Below are positions 22,416 through 37,302 of a stretch of DNA of 64,000 bases, piece by piece. Origin of the DNA: Naegleria gruberi (Eukaryota). Below the pieces are notes generated by a model that saw only the letters and a list, made by a program, of their open reading frames with translations, ran no database searches and had not been told where the DNA came from. Position numbers and translations under genes: made by a program. The stretch is from assembly GCA_000004985.1 (NCBI GenBank), contig GG738853.1; one strand, 5' to 3'. How positions within the stretch are numbered: the first letter of the stretch is position 1; each line of letters opens with the position of its first letter.

Positions 22416-23396
22416 TTTTTTTTAATAATGTTGTGATTGATCAACCAAGTTTATTATTATATATGGTCAACTCAACATTCAAATTAAAGATCAATTACAC
22501 AATATCAATGACTATAATTTAGATATTTAAATATGCTACATTCTATTTATTCAAGTTAAATTATCATCATGATGGTTTTAATGTTATTATTCGGATCTGT
22601 TTAAATTTTTGAATTAATTGAAAAATCCAAACTTTAGAACTCAATCAATGGGGAAAAAGAGAATGTCTAGTTTCTCCATATCATATTCCAATGTACCAAT
22701 GTATAATTTGATTCATTGAAAAGTGAAAAGTTTCTCTGCCAAATATTATGGAAATTGGAAGTGATTGTTTATATTTATTACTTATTTTAATAGTTAGGCC
22801 TTCTTTGAGCATTTGATAAGAGAGCACTCTCCAAGTTGCCAATTCCATTTTATTAATTTAATGTAATTGTTACAATATAAAGATTTGATTTTTTAAATTT
22901 ATACTATTATATAATAGTATTTTAATGCACTTATGCATGACATGATATGAAATTATTATTTCAACAAATCACTTTACATATTTAGTGCATGCATATTAAT
23001 CAAGTATTAATAAGGACCCTTAGATATTTTTATTAATAATTGATCATCACTCTATTATTCCTAAAAAGCTCTCATCATTAAAAATTAACATTTATATTTT
23101 ATCACATCTTAAACTTCTTAATATCCAAGAATGACTTAATAGTTAGGACTATTATTTAACTGAACCTTATCGATAGGCCCAAATAAGTACTAAATATCAA
23201 ACAAAATGAATAACGCGAAATTTTCTCGCTTTTTAAATTGATTGGTTGTTTTAATCACAGATTACAATGATTTTCACAACGCAAGCACTCCGTTATCATA
23301 TCATTCGACAAAGGTCACCTTTTGAAAAATCGCTTTACGGACTCTAATTTGGAGCGTTCACATTCCACTCTACACCTCAACAATAATATAAAAAAA

Positions 23397-25232
23397 ATGT
23401 TCAAATCAATTGCTCAACCAATTATCAAGAAGGCTAATCAAACAACACCAATTAAATCTGCTGTTGTTCAATCTAGATTCCTCAGCAAGGTTGTTAAAGA
23501 TGCCAAGACTGCTGTTCAAGATATTCCTGATGGTGCTACACTGTATGTATTAATATAATTTATTAATTTATTAATTTTTATAAATATATATTAATATTAA
23601 TATGATGATGATTGATCAATATGATGATGATATTACTATTATATTACAATCTATTATCTAAACACTCCCATAACCACTAAACTATAATCTAAAATCACAC
23701 CAATCTACTATTTAAACTACTTATCTACACTTAATCACACCAATCTAAATCACCAATCTACAATCTACAATCTACACTAAATCTACAATCTAAACACAAT
23801 GTAAAAACTCTCTTAATATTATTTAAATAGTTGTGTTGGTGGATTTGGTTTATCTGGTACACCACAAAAATTGATTGAAGCCTTGAGAGATTTGGGTAGT
23901 AAAAATTTAACAATTGTTTCAAATAATTGTGGTGTTGATGATTGGGGATTAGGATTATTATTATCTAATGGACAAATTAAAAGAATGGTTTCATCCTATG
24001 TTGGTGAAAATGCAACATTTGAAAAATTATATTTAGGAGGACATTTAGAAGTTGAATTACTTCCACAAGGTACATTAGCTGAAAAGTTAAGAGCTGGTGG
24101 TGCTGGTATTCCTGCATTCTTTACACCTACTGCTGTTGGTACTGTTATTCAAGAAGGTGGTTTTGCTATTAAATTTAAACCAAATTCAAAGGAAATTGAA
24201 ATTGCTTCTAAACCAAGAGAAGTTAGAGAATTTAATGGTAGAAAATATTTAATGGAAGAATGGATTAGAGGTGATTTTGCTTTAATTAAGGGATGGAAAG
24301 CTGATGAACATGGTAATGTTGTTTTTAGAAGAACTGCTAGAAATTTCAATCCAATGTGTGGTCAAGCTGGTAAAATTTGTATTGTTGAAGTTGAAGAATT
24401 AGTTAAACCAGGTGAAATTGATCCAGATCATGTTCATTTACCAGGTGTTTTTGTTGATAGAATTTATTTAGCTGAACCATATGAAAAGAGAATTGAAAAG
24501 AGAACTCTTTCTAAACCTACTGATGCTAATTCATCATCATCATCTTCTACTTCTTCAAATGATCCATCAAAATGGGATACACGTGAACGTATTGTTAGAA
24601 GAACTGCATTAGAATTCCAAGATGGAATGTATGTTAATTTAGGTATTGGTATTCCAACACTTGCATCCAATCATTTACCAAAAGGTGTTACCATTACTTT
24701 ACAATCTGAAAATGGTATTTTAGGTATGGGACCATATCCAACACCTGGTAATGAACATGCTGATTTGATTAATGCAGGTAAAGAAACAATTACAACATTA
24801 CCTGGATCATCAACATTTTCTTCATCTGATTCATTTGGTATTATTAGAGGTGGTCATATTGATTTGACTGTTTTGGGTGCTTTACAAGTATCTGAAAGTG
24901 GTGATTTAGCCAATTGGATTATTCCAGGTAAAATGGTTAAAGGTATGGGTGGTGCTATGGATTTAGTTTCATCTGGTTCACGTGTTGTTGTTACAATGGA
25001 ACATACTGCTAAGGGTAATTCTCCAAAGATTTTGAAATCATGTTCTTTACCTTTAACTGGTAAACAAGTTGTTAATAGAATTATTACTGAATTGGCTGTA
25101 TTTGATGTTACTCCACAAGGTTTAGTTTTAATTGAACATTTCCCTGGTGTTACTGTTGATGAAATTAAATCAAAGACTGAAGCTAACTTTATTGTTTCTG
25201 ATCAATTGAAGGAAATGCAATTTGTTCAATAA
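23397..25232 (+). CDS. oxct1: Succinyl-CoA:3-ketoacid CoA transferase (SCOT/OXCT), mitochondrial precursor. Exons are 23397..23542 and 23831..25232.
   Basis: Exon 1 is a presequence ([33 protein letters not shown]...DIPDGATL) followed by a GTATGT donor. Exon 2 ([21 protein letters not shown]...[15 protein letters not shown]...[12 protein letters not shown]...[12 protein letters not shown]) aligns along its length with human OXCT1. Confidence 0.85.
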
Positions 25233-25313
25233 ATTTATAATTTTTATTTAATTTTAATACTAATATTTAATAATATTTGACTGTTTTAATAATAATTTTT
25301 TAAATTTGAAATT

Positions 25314-26447
25314 TTATTGAATTGGAATGTATTCTTCTTCATGTTGTTGAGGTGGATGTTGTAGTGATGGAATAATTAGTGTTGAAATTGACTTGTTATT
25401 TTTATAATAATAAAATTGAATAGCAATAATAAAACTAAATAATAAAGTAAAAATACTTCCTAAAATGTAAGGAAATGTTGAAACTACATCCATTGTATTT
25501 GTAATATAAAATAATATTATACTTATTAAATACAATACTTGTGTTAATGTATCAATAATAAACATTAATAACTATAAATATATTTAATAATTAATCATAA
25601 TTAAATTAATTTTGTTAAAAATAATTAAATAAATAAATTTAAAACAAATTATTTCAAAACTTACAGATAAACCTTCAACACTCTTCTTTTTATAATTTTT
25701 AATAATTTGTGGAATGTATGCAATAATATAACAAGTACATGATATATATGAAATTATAATTCCAATTATATTTGCAATTTCATTATCATTATTAATAATT
25801 GAAGTATTACATAATTTTACAGTACTGCTACCATCACCACTACTACTACTAATAAATATATTAAAAAATAATAATAAAACAAATAAAGAAATAATCCAAT
25901 GTGAATTTAATTGATTATATTTTAATTGATTAAATTTTTTTAAAATAAAATTAAAAAATAAAATAAATAATTTTTCATAATAACAATATTGAGTAATAAT
26001 TAAAATATCCATAAAAACATAATAAATAGCTAAATATAATTGAGTAGGTAATTGATTTGTTAAAATACAACCAATTAAATTAGTAACATCACCAATCATC
26101 CAAATAAGGAATAAATAAATTGATAAACCTTTTGCAGATTTAAATACAAAATTTTTAATAACTTGTGGAAATAAACTAATCATACTTGTTAATATACTTA
26201 ATAATCCTAATATATAACTTGTTATTTCATTTGTTTCATAAAAACATTCTCTAAATATTAATGCAATAAATTCATTATAATGATTATTTCCTTTTTTAGT
26301 AGGTAAACATTGACATAAAAATGATGAAAATAATATTTCTTGATTATTTTCATTATTATTATTTAATAAAAATGTTTCATTATTAAATAATATAGGTAAT
26401 GATGATGATGATGATGAATAAAATGATAAAAATTGTTTACTATTCAT
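25314..26447 (-). CDS. PQ-loop repeat 7-TM transporter (PQLC2/LAAT-1/cystinosin family). Exons on the minus strand are 26447..25665 and 25571..25314.
   Basis: Two PQ-loops (LFPQVIKNFVFKSAKGLSIYLFLIWMIGD and YIPQIIKNYKKKSVEGLS) with seven hydrophobic helices. GTAAGT donor after ...GLS and a 93-nt intron. The ATG could also be 26501. Confidence 0.7.
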
Positions 26448-26497
26448 TTCAGTGCATTTTTTTAAAAAAATCTTTACAATAAAATTATTTTTTATTA

Positions 26498-27004
26498 TCA
26501 TAATATTATCATCAATATTATCATTAACATATTATTATTATTAGATATAATATTATTATTATTTTCAATATTAATAGTAAAATCATCATGATAATAAGGA
26601 CCAAATAAATCTCTAAATAAAGCATATGAACATAATTTAGTAGTATAATATGTTTTTAAATAAAAATTAGATAATGGTAATGATATTTGATAAAATAAAA
26701 ATCCAAATGTTAATCCAGTTGATATTTGTGTTAGAGTATTAATATATTTATTAGATATCTTTTTAAATGATTTTTGAAATATAAATAAAGATGAAAATGT
26801 TCCGATTATTGAAAATGGATATTTAATTAATGTTGAATATCCATCTTGTGGTATTTTAATCATTAATGATGTTAAATAGGCTCTTTTTGTATATTTATAT
26901 TTACTATTATTATTATTATTATTATTATTGGATGATGATGATGGTATTGTTGTTGTTATTGATGATGATTTGAGTTGTTGTTGTGTAGTTGAATTATTTT
27001 CCAT
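26498..27004 (-). CDS. Hypothetical 168-aa ORF with two hydrophobic segments; either a separate gene or a 5' exon of the PQ-loop gene
   Basis: ORF with a poly-Asn tract. Its start is only 55 bp downstream of the PDE stop and its stop overlaps the PQ-loop ORF by 4 nt in another frame. Confidence 0.3.
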   Translation of the reverse strand: MENNSTTQQQLKSSSITTTIPSSSSNNNNNNNNSKYKYTKRAYLTSLMIKIPQDGYSTLIKYPFSIIGTFSSLFIFQKSFKKISNKYINTLTQISTGLTFGFLFYQISLPLSNFYLKTYYTTKLCSYALFRDLFGPYYHDDFTINIENNNNIISNNNNMLMIILMIIL

Positions 27005-27059
27005 TTTTTATTATTGAATTATGAAAAGATAAATTGATTGTGTGTGTTTATTATTTATA

Positions 27060-29939
27060 TTATAAATCTTCTTCTTCAAGAGGATCTGAATGTTTATGTT
27101 CTGTTGTTGTGGTATTGTGATTAGAATGTTCAAGACTTGAATCATTCTTTTCCTCATTATCATTATGAGGTGGTTGTTCAATGGTAATATCTTGATGTTT
27201 TGTATCCTCAGCCTTAACAATGTGATGTTCCTTCTTTGTATCATCAATTTCATGAACATCATTGAGAGGACTATCATCTCTATTAGTTTTAATAATTTTA
27301 TAATTCTCTTCATATTGAATAATATTTAAACCAGTTTGTTGATGAACATGTTCCAACACTAAAGGTAAAGTTAATTGAGTTGATTTTGTTAAATCTTGCA
27401 TTGTTAAATGATTGGATTGAATTTGTTTCTTAATTAATTCAGTTTCTTCAGGTTTAAAATCAAATAATAAATTAAATAGAGGCATTACAATAAATTCAAT
27501 AAAACCAGTTTGACATTTTGGTACATTTTGAGTATTTCTATCCATAAAAGGTGAAATATCAATTTTTAAATTTCTTTCAGTATCACCCTGATTATAAAAT
27601 TCAGTCATTACTCTATTAACCCATTTACCATAAACTTGATATGATTTTGTTGGATTTGAAACATCTGCACATTTAATTATTACTTTTAATAAGGCTAATA
27701 AACATTCCTTTCTTTCAATACTAAACTTTTCCTTATTAAATATATCATTGGATTTAATTTGACCAACAATTAAGAAATGTTGACTTATATCTGTTGCTAA
27801 TATCATTTCAACTATTAATTCTCTTAAATATTCATATTGATTACTTGACATATTTACAAATATATTAAATTCTTCCTTTCCTAGTATTTTAAATAAATTA
27901 TAACAATGAAAATTTTCTAAAATTGAACGATCATTAAACATGATTGCCTTTTCACTTCTTGTTTTCTTTTCAAATAAATTTGTAACTCCTGGATGACAAA
28001 CATCATGAGCTAAACATGCAACAACTAATGCTAATATATCTAATGGTACTAGATTGAAATTTAAATTATTTTCTAATGTAAAATTATTAAATTGAATAGA
28101 TTGAGATGATTGTGACTGTGATTGTGTTGATTGTGATTGAGATTGAGGTGAATGAGGTGAAGATGGACTTGTATGTGAAAAACATTTAACATATAAACTA
28201 ATAGCAGTTTGAACAACATCAGTTGCATGACAATTATTATGATATGGATTATTAAAATAATTAGATTCTACTTGTTTTAAGAATTTCTTCAAAGTACCAA
28301 TTGGTATATTCAATGGTCCAATTAAATCAAATGTTTGAAATATATATAAACATGTATAATATAATGGTTCACCTTCTGCAATCTTATTAAATTCAAATAC
28401 ATCAAATTTAAAATAATCCAATAAATTTTCTTTTAAATATTCCTTAACTTTCAATGGAATATCATCCTTAGGTACAATTGCTAATGAATCTTTGGCACTC
28501 TTTCTACCTATTGAACTCATTTCTTTTAAATAATTTGTAAATACTAATGCTTTAGTATATGCCTTAATACGTTTCTTCCATGATAAATCTGTACTATCTT
28601 CAACAAGTGATCCATGTAATACTTCAGATGATAACCATTTTTGTGTTTCAGAATCATGTTCATCTGATATTAAAATATCTTTAACAGTTGATTTAACTCC
28701 CATATTATGTGATGATGCTTTTGATACTAATAAACTTGCTAATGGTGATTTTGTTGAATTGGTGGCTGTTGGATCTGTTAAAATTAATTCAATTCTTGAA
28801 ACTAATTGTCTCACTTCATCATTTTCATGAGCTTTTAAAGAAGATATCAATTCAGTTAAATTACTACTAGTAGCACCACCTTTAGAATGATGATCATTAG
28901 ATACACTTGCTGTTATTGGTTGTGATGGTGGAGCTAAATCTTCTGGTGTAATTGGAGTATGTGGATCATCTTCAATTTTCTTAATATCATCACCCAGAAA
29001 TCCATCCTCTTCTTCATTAACATCTTGATTTGATGATCTTTGAGAAGATAAATGTAAAACTTCAACAGTTAAATTCTTTTCAGATTCTTGTTTTAATTTT
29101 AATTCCAAACTATGTTGTCTTTCTAAATCATCCTTCTTTTCAGAATCAAATTTTTGTTTCTGCAATTTTGAATATTTTGTAATCATCATAAAAGTATCTC
29201 TAATGTTAATATCAATATTATGTTTTAGAGGATATAAATGTAATGCAATTGTAATAACTTTTCCAACATCATTTTTCAATTTTTGGAAAACTTCAATTGA
29301 TTCATCTGGTTGAGGTTCAATTGTTAATTCTGAATTAAGAACACAATTTTGAACTGATAGAATAAATAAAGATAATTGTTCCTTTTCATTCGATGGACTA
29401 TCTTCAAATACCATAAATTTATCTTGATGAATACTTTCAGCATCTCTAATATGATAATAAAACTTATCTAAACCATCAGATAGAGAATAAATAACAATAT
29501 TCTTATCTACATTTGAAAATACACAAAACATAAAATCACTCTCCATTAATTGATGAGTGTTATAAGCAATTACCTCATCCATTCTATATAATACTCTCAT
29601 TAAATCTGTTTCCTTATCTTGATGTAAATCTTTACATGTTATATATCTTAGTGATTTTCCTTTTGGTATTTCAACTATAACAGAAGATTCAAAGGCTTCA
29701 TTGGATGAAGTGGTATCTTCCTTCTTTTCTTCTGCTTCATCCTTTATATTTGAAATTGGTTGAACAAGTGTAGATTGTGCTTTTTCATCCCTTGTTGATC
29801 GTTCTTGATGTGCTATTGTTGTAGTTGCTGATTTCCCCACATCTTGTGGTACATCATTGTCTTTATAACGATCATGACTATTTTGCTGAGGTTGAACACT
29901 ATTTGTTGTTGCACATCCAGCTGCATTACCCATTTTCAA
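27060..29939 (-). CDS. Class I 3',5'-cyclic-nucleotide phosphodiesterase with a roughly 480-aa N-terminal region; probable start is MGNAAGC (Gly2 myristoylation-type)
   Basis: YHNNCHATDVVQ and HDVCHPGVTNLF metal-binding signatures (HNxxH, HDxxH), with a catalytic helical core in the C-terminal half; single ORF. Confidence 0.75.
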   Translation of the reverse strand: MKMGNAAGCATTNSVQPQQNSHDRYKDNDVPQDVGKSATTTIAHQERSTRDEKAQSTLVQPISNIKDEAEEKKEDTTSSNEAFESSVIVEIPKGKSLRYITCKDLHQDKETDLMRVLYRMDEVIAYNTHQLMESDFMFCVFSNVDKNIVIYSLSDGLDKFYYHIRDAESIHQDKFMVFEDSPSNEKEQLSLFILSVQNCVLNSELTIEPQPDESIEVFQKLKNDVGKVITIALHLYPLKHNIDINIRDTFMMITKYSKLQKQKFDSEKKDDLERQHSLELKLKQESEKNLTVEVLHLSSQRSSNQDVNEEEDGFLGDDIKKIEDDPHTPITPEDLAPPSQPITASVSNDHHSKGGATSSNLTELISSLKAHENDEVRQLVSRIELILTDPTATNSTKSPLASLLVSKASSHNMGVKSTVKDILISDEHDSETQKWLSSEVLHGSLVEDSTDLSWKKRIKAYTKALVFTNYLKEMSSIGRKSAKDSLAIVPKDDIPLKVKEYLKENLLDYFKFDVFEFNKIAEGEPLYYTCLYIFQTFDLIGPLNIPIGTLKKFLKQVESNYFNNPYHNNCHATDVVQTAISLYVKCFSHTSPSSPHSPQSQSQSTQSQSQSSQSIQFNNFTLENNLNFNLVPLDILALVVACLAHDVCHPGVTNLFEKKTRSEKAIMFNDRSILENFHCYNLFKILGKEEFNIFVNMSSNQYEYLRELIVEMILATDISQHFLIVGQIKSNDIFNKEKFSIERKECLLALLKVIIKCADVSNPTKSYQVYGKWVNRVMTEFYNQGDTERNLKIDISPFMDRNTQNVPKCQTGFIEFIVMPLFNLLFDFKPEETELIKKQIQSNHLTMQDLTKSTQLTLPLVLEHVHQQTGLNIIQYEENYKIIKTNRDDSPLNDVHEIDDTKKEHHIVKAEDTKHQDITIEQPPHNDNEEKNDSSLEHSNHNTTTTEHKHSDPLEEEDL

Positions 29940-30107
29940 ACTATTAAAACCTAGAGTGAGTTAGAAGTTATATATTATTTTGATGATAATAATGTTGATA
30001 ATATACAGTGGTTGCAATACGTTTGAATCCACTGAAAGAAGAGACTCTGCAAAGCCTTTAAACTTGTTTTTTTAATCTCTACATATTTGTAACGATTTGT
30101 AGTTTGT

Positions 30108-30118
30108 GGGCGGGAAAA
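30108..30118 (-). promoter_or_regulatory. TTTCCCGCCC (E2F-consensus-like) element about 170 bp upstream of the PDE gene in gene orientation
   Basis: The plus strand reads gggcgggaaaa inside AT-rich intergenic DNA. Confidence 0.25.
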
Positions 30119-30635
30119 AATACTTTACTGTTTTGGATTGTCCACCTTGTACGTATTGGTCATTGAGAATCTATAAGGTACAACAATGTTTGAAATAGTC
30201 ATGGATTGGTTTGTCTCTCTAATCACATCTAGTTGTCACATCGATGAAGATCACTTGAACTTGCAACATTTAAAGAATGAAATCTCTCTATGGTTTTGGA
30301 TATTTAGCTAATTGATATAAACTCTCCAATTAATAACAACTGTTTAATAAATATCTGATGATGAGGTGGTACGTGGTTAATACTTGTTGATCTCAAAATT
30401 AAGAAAGGAGAGAGAAAATTATCAAATAATAAGTAGTGTTAAAGTTGTAAATGACCGTTTATATATTACACGAGTAATACCCATACCTAATTTGAAATTA
30501 TGAAAATATGATTAATAAGGTAATTTCTTAATAAATCAATATATAAAAAAATTAAAGAATTTTTAAGGTTCTTCCCCTCACTGATTATTTTCCATAATAT
30601 ATTCATCTATCATCATCATCACACTTAATAATTAA

Positions 30636-33243
30636 ATGATCAAAATATTAAATCCTCTATTACTATGCCTATTAATATTATTATTTCTAATTAATAATAT
30701 TAAATGTGCATCATTTACAACAAGTTATTCAATGAAAACATGTTCATTATCAAATTCATTATTATCCAATTCTAATAGTGATATATTTACATCTACATCT
30801 ACTACATCATCTGGATGTTCCTCATCATCAACATTTCAAATTGCCATTAAATTTGGAGATGAAGGAGTTCCACGTGATTTAAAACTCTCACTCTCAAAAG
30901 ATGATAAAATTCAAAATAGTTTAGATTCAACTGATTTTTATTCATTATCTAATGATATTATTATTAAAATAGAAAGAACTGATTTAAAAGTATCATATCC
31001 ATTAACTTTTATTAAAACATTAAAAAATTCATATGAAACTATTGAAACAAGTGTTAAAGATTGTAATAATTTAAATAATAATAATATGGATGAATATTCT
31101 AAATGTTGTGGACCCTATTATTATAATGATAATTCAAATTCAAATTTAAATTCAAATAAATATTATAATATTAGAAAATTAAATTATAATACTACCAATT
31201 ATAATCAATATGAAATTGGAAAATCACAATTACAATATTATATTCAATTTACAATACAACAATTAGATTTAAAATATAGTTTAATGTTATCAAATAATCA
31301 AAAATCATTAATTTTTAAAGGAATTAAAATTTCAATTGAAAATGATTTTTTAAAATTAACAAATTTAGATTTTTATTATTTAACACATTATTATATTATA
31401 CCTGAAAATCAATTAGATGGTTTTGTAATTCCTAAAAATTTAATTAATAAAGATATAAATAAAATTGGAATTACTAAAGAAATTTATAAAAATAATATTA
31501 ATTGTAATGATGAATTAGGTGATATAGTTACCATATTAGGAAATAATAATATATATGATCAATTTTATAGTTTTAGATCTAAATTTTTATTAAATTTAAT
31601 TGATGATTGTTATTTTAAAGATAAAAATCAAAATTTAATTAATTTTAATTGTGTAAAAACTATTAAAAATACAATTTTAATTAATTTACCATTTGGAGAT
31701 TCAAATTCATTTTCATTATTAAAATTAAAATCAAATCCAAATATAGTATCAAAAGGTTCTTTTAAAATTGATAATTATTTAATTTCTATTTATTTAGATA
31801 TTTTTAATAATATTGAATCTGATGGTTTAGTTGAAATTACTTTAATTGATTGTTGTATTTTACAAAATAATAATTTTATTTGTAATGTATGTTTTTTTAT
31901 TAATATATTTTTAATTTAATTATTTTTATATTTTATTTAATATTTTTATTTAATTATTAAATATAGAAAACATCAAGTCAATTTACTCAAAAAAGAATAT
32001 CAGGATATGATGTTAGTAAATTTATATTTAATACTAATTTAAATGTAAGTATTCATTAATTATTCAAAAATGATTCAAAAATAATTTATATAATAATTGT
32101 TATGATAATATTACATGATAATAATTTAATTAATATTATTTAATAATAATTTAATCTAATAATTAATATAAATAGATAAATTCAGGTAAATGTATATTTA
32201 ATATAGGTGATAATGGACAAGTATTATTTGAAGAAATTGTAACATTTCAATATCAATCCAATGATAATTCTAATAATAATAATAATAATATAATAATACC
32301 AATATCTAAAGATGAATCACAATGTAATATAATACCAACATCACCAACATCATCTTTATCTAATAGTAATATTAATAGTGTATTTAAATTAAATATAAAA
32401 ACTATAATTGAAAATAATAAAATTAAATGTGAATATGATTGTAATAATATAGATTTAGAATTTGATTATAATGAATATATATGTAAACCAATTAATTGTT
32501 CATCTAAATATTTAGATAAAATTATATTTAATTATAATTTATTAAAATGTGAAATACCAATACAATGTAATCAATTTACACAAATTTATAATTTACAAAA
32601 TAATACATGTATAAATATAGTAAATAATATATATAGTAATGATATATTAAATAGTATTGAAAATATTAATTTTAAAAATATTGAATGTAATAATGGTATT
32701 TTAAATAATTATTTTACATGTATTTGTAATGAAAATTATATTTCCTATTGGAATGATTCAATTTTAAATTTACAATTTTGTAAAATTAATTTATTATTAG
32801 AAAATAATTTACAAAATTTAAATATTAATACAATTTTAGATTATATTTTACAATTAGATTCATATATTCAAATTATTTTAATTATTATTTTATTTTTATT
32901 AATTTTAATTATTTTATTTTTATTTACTTTTACTTGTACTTGTTCATGTTATAAAAAATTAAATAGAAATTATTTTAATAAAATTAAATATGGTAAATTA
33001 GAAAAGAAATCTATTTTTAAATTATTATTTACTATTATATTTCAATGTGATTTTACAACAAGTGAATTTAATTTATCAGAAAAACATTTTAAAAAAATTA
33101 AAAAATTAAAATTAAAATATTTAAATAATAATAATATTGATAATATTGTTGATAACACATTAAATAATGATATTATTAGTAATAATAATAATAGTAATGA
33201 TAATGATATTAAATGTAATAATAATAATAATAATAACAATTGA
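30636..33243 (+). CDS. Cys-rich type I membrane protein with EGF-like modules. Exons are 30636..31886, 31967..32044 (optional, in-frame) and 32176..33243.
   Basis: Signal peptide MIKILNPLLLCLLILLFLINNIKCASF; GTATGT and GTAAGT donors; aatAG acceptors. Exon 3 was checked codon by codon to the TGA at 33241. It carries CEYDCNNIDLEFDYNEYICKPINC and CNNGILNNYFTCICNENY patterns, the TM segment IILIIILFLLILIILFLFTF and a poly-Asn tail. Confidence 0.6.
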
Positions 33244-33878
33244 TAATAATGGTGGTAATCAACAAGTGTCAACAAATAACATCAATAATTGTCATTCTCA
33301 TCGTAATCATATTGTTTATAAACATCATACAATTAATGATGGTGATGATGATAACACTCAATCATTTAAACAATTTGAAAAACAAGCCTTCAATTATAAA
33401 AAGGCTAGGAAATAAAATCTTTTTTAAAATCATTTTGACTGAAGTTTACAATGTTATTATTTTGACAAGATATTATTAATGTTCGTTGTCATTATGCAAA
33501 TTATGAAGTTTAATTGTTGTATTGTACCTTTCAATAATAATGTATGCATTTAATATTCCCTCTATTATTTACAGGAGGTAATGACAATGATTAACTAATG
33601 GATAATGAAGGTGTTATTGTTGTCAAGTCGGACCATTTTGAAAAAGAGAATTGAAAGTATCAACATCCATCTTGTCTCTTCGTCACACCACAACAAACAA
33701 CAAAAACTAATTGAAGGCTTTGGTTTACGTTGTGTGGTGTGTGAATTTTGCTGTGTGATGATGACTTGTTGTGCGTGTGGGCGCAGAAGCCGGAACAAAA
33801 ATAGCGGGAAGTGGTTGTAAATAAAGAGGTTGTAACGAAGGAGAAGGGTTGACTCTCCAAAAAAAAAACCTCGAAAAA

Positions 33879-35815
<1,937 letters not shown>

Positions 35816-36096
35816 GTGTATCAAATGTAAATTTACGAACGTGGGAACCCAATTTTCATCTCAGGAAAAATAAAAAGAACTTGAGGTTTTTTCTCTTATA
35901 TATTAATTTCAATTTTAATTATTATTATTTCAAGTTAATATTCAAAGACATTGTCATCATGTGAATCACCTTCAATCTTCAACTAACAATATCTATTAAT
36001 TCTATCATACAATTTTCAAGTTAAATCCATAAATAAACTTCATACAACACCATGCCAACTACAACAATTAGGCTTTGAAAAAACAAATACAAAAAA

Positions 36097-37208
36097 ATGG
36101 ACAAACCAAGAATCATTGAACATATTAGCAAACCTCTTAATTGGACCATAAATGATTGCAAATGGGTTCCAAGTAGTGCTAGATTTGTAGCAGCAGGAGG
36201 TGTAGCAAGAGGAACAGGATGTTTACAAGTGTATGCATTATCGGATGATGGTAAAGATGTAAACATGTTGTATGAGATTGAGAATAAACATCCGATCAAG
36301 TGTTGTACATTTGAGGCAACAGGAATTGAAGAAAGACATTTAGCTTGTGGAGATTTTGATGGAAATGTATTATTATATGATATTTCAAAACAAGCAAAAC
36401 AACCAATATTTAAAATTGAACATGCTCATTCACAAATAATTAATTGTATTGATGGATGTGGATTAAGTTATGGACCTCCTGAAATTGCAACTGGATCACG
36501 AGATGGTTGTGTTAAAATTTGGGATTTAAGACAAAAACAAAAACCAATTGTTAGTTTAGAACCTTCAAATGGAAAAGTTGATTGTTGGGCTGTTTGTTTA
36601 GGAAATTCTTTCAATGCAAATGAAAGAGTTTGTGCAAGTGGTTATGAAAATGGTGATTTAAAGATTTTTGATTTGAGAACTAATAGTATTCTGTGGGAAA
36701 CTAATTTAAAGAATGGTATTTGTTCTTTACAATTTGATAGACGTGATATTGAAATGAATAAGTTATTAGCAACTACTCTTGAGGGTAGATTCAATGTTTT
36801 AGATATGAGAACAAGACATCCAGAGAAGGGTTATGCTTCAGTGAGTGAAAAATTGAAAGAAAATACATCAACTATATGGATGGGAAGACATTTACCTCAA
36901 AATAGAGATGTTTTCCTTGTAGCCTCTGGTTCAGGTTTACTTTCACTTTACAAATAGTAAGTAGTTTTTTTTCTCTTTTTATAACACATACTTATTAAAT
37001 GCTTAATAGTAATTATCCTTCTGAGAGAAAGATTGGAAATCCACCTGAAGGTGTGGCTGGTACAGTTTCACTCATTCAAAAACAAACAATTTCTTCACAA
37101 CCTATTTGCTGTTTCGATTGGAATAGAGATAAGGAAGGTTTAGCTGTTGCAGGTGCATTAGATCAATGTTTGAGAGTTATTGTTTGTACAAAATTAAATT
37201 TACTTTAA
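36097..37208 (+). CDS. wdr92: WD-repeat protein, WDR92 (Monad) homolog. Exons are 36097..36956 and 37010..37208.
   Basis: Near-colinear match to human WDR92 (KPRIIEHISK...TGSRDGCVKIWD...CSLQFDRRDI.MNKL..T.LEG.F.V.DMRT.HP.KG.ASVSEK). GTAAGT donor after ...LYK ta| and a tag|t acceptor restoring YNYPSE. Confidence 0.85.
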
Positions 37209-37302
37209 ATTATTACTTGATAAAAGATTAGATGAATTTATTAAATTTTAAAGAGATTATTTGTTTATTCAAAATAGTTACTAAGGTATTATTGGTAAAG
37301 AA

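Noticed and set aside
27011-27313. 100-aa ORF overlapping the PDE 3' end
   Set aside because: Different frame of PDE coding sequence
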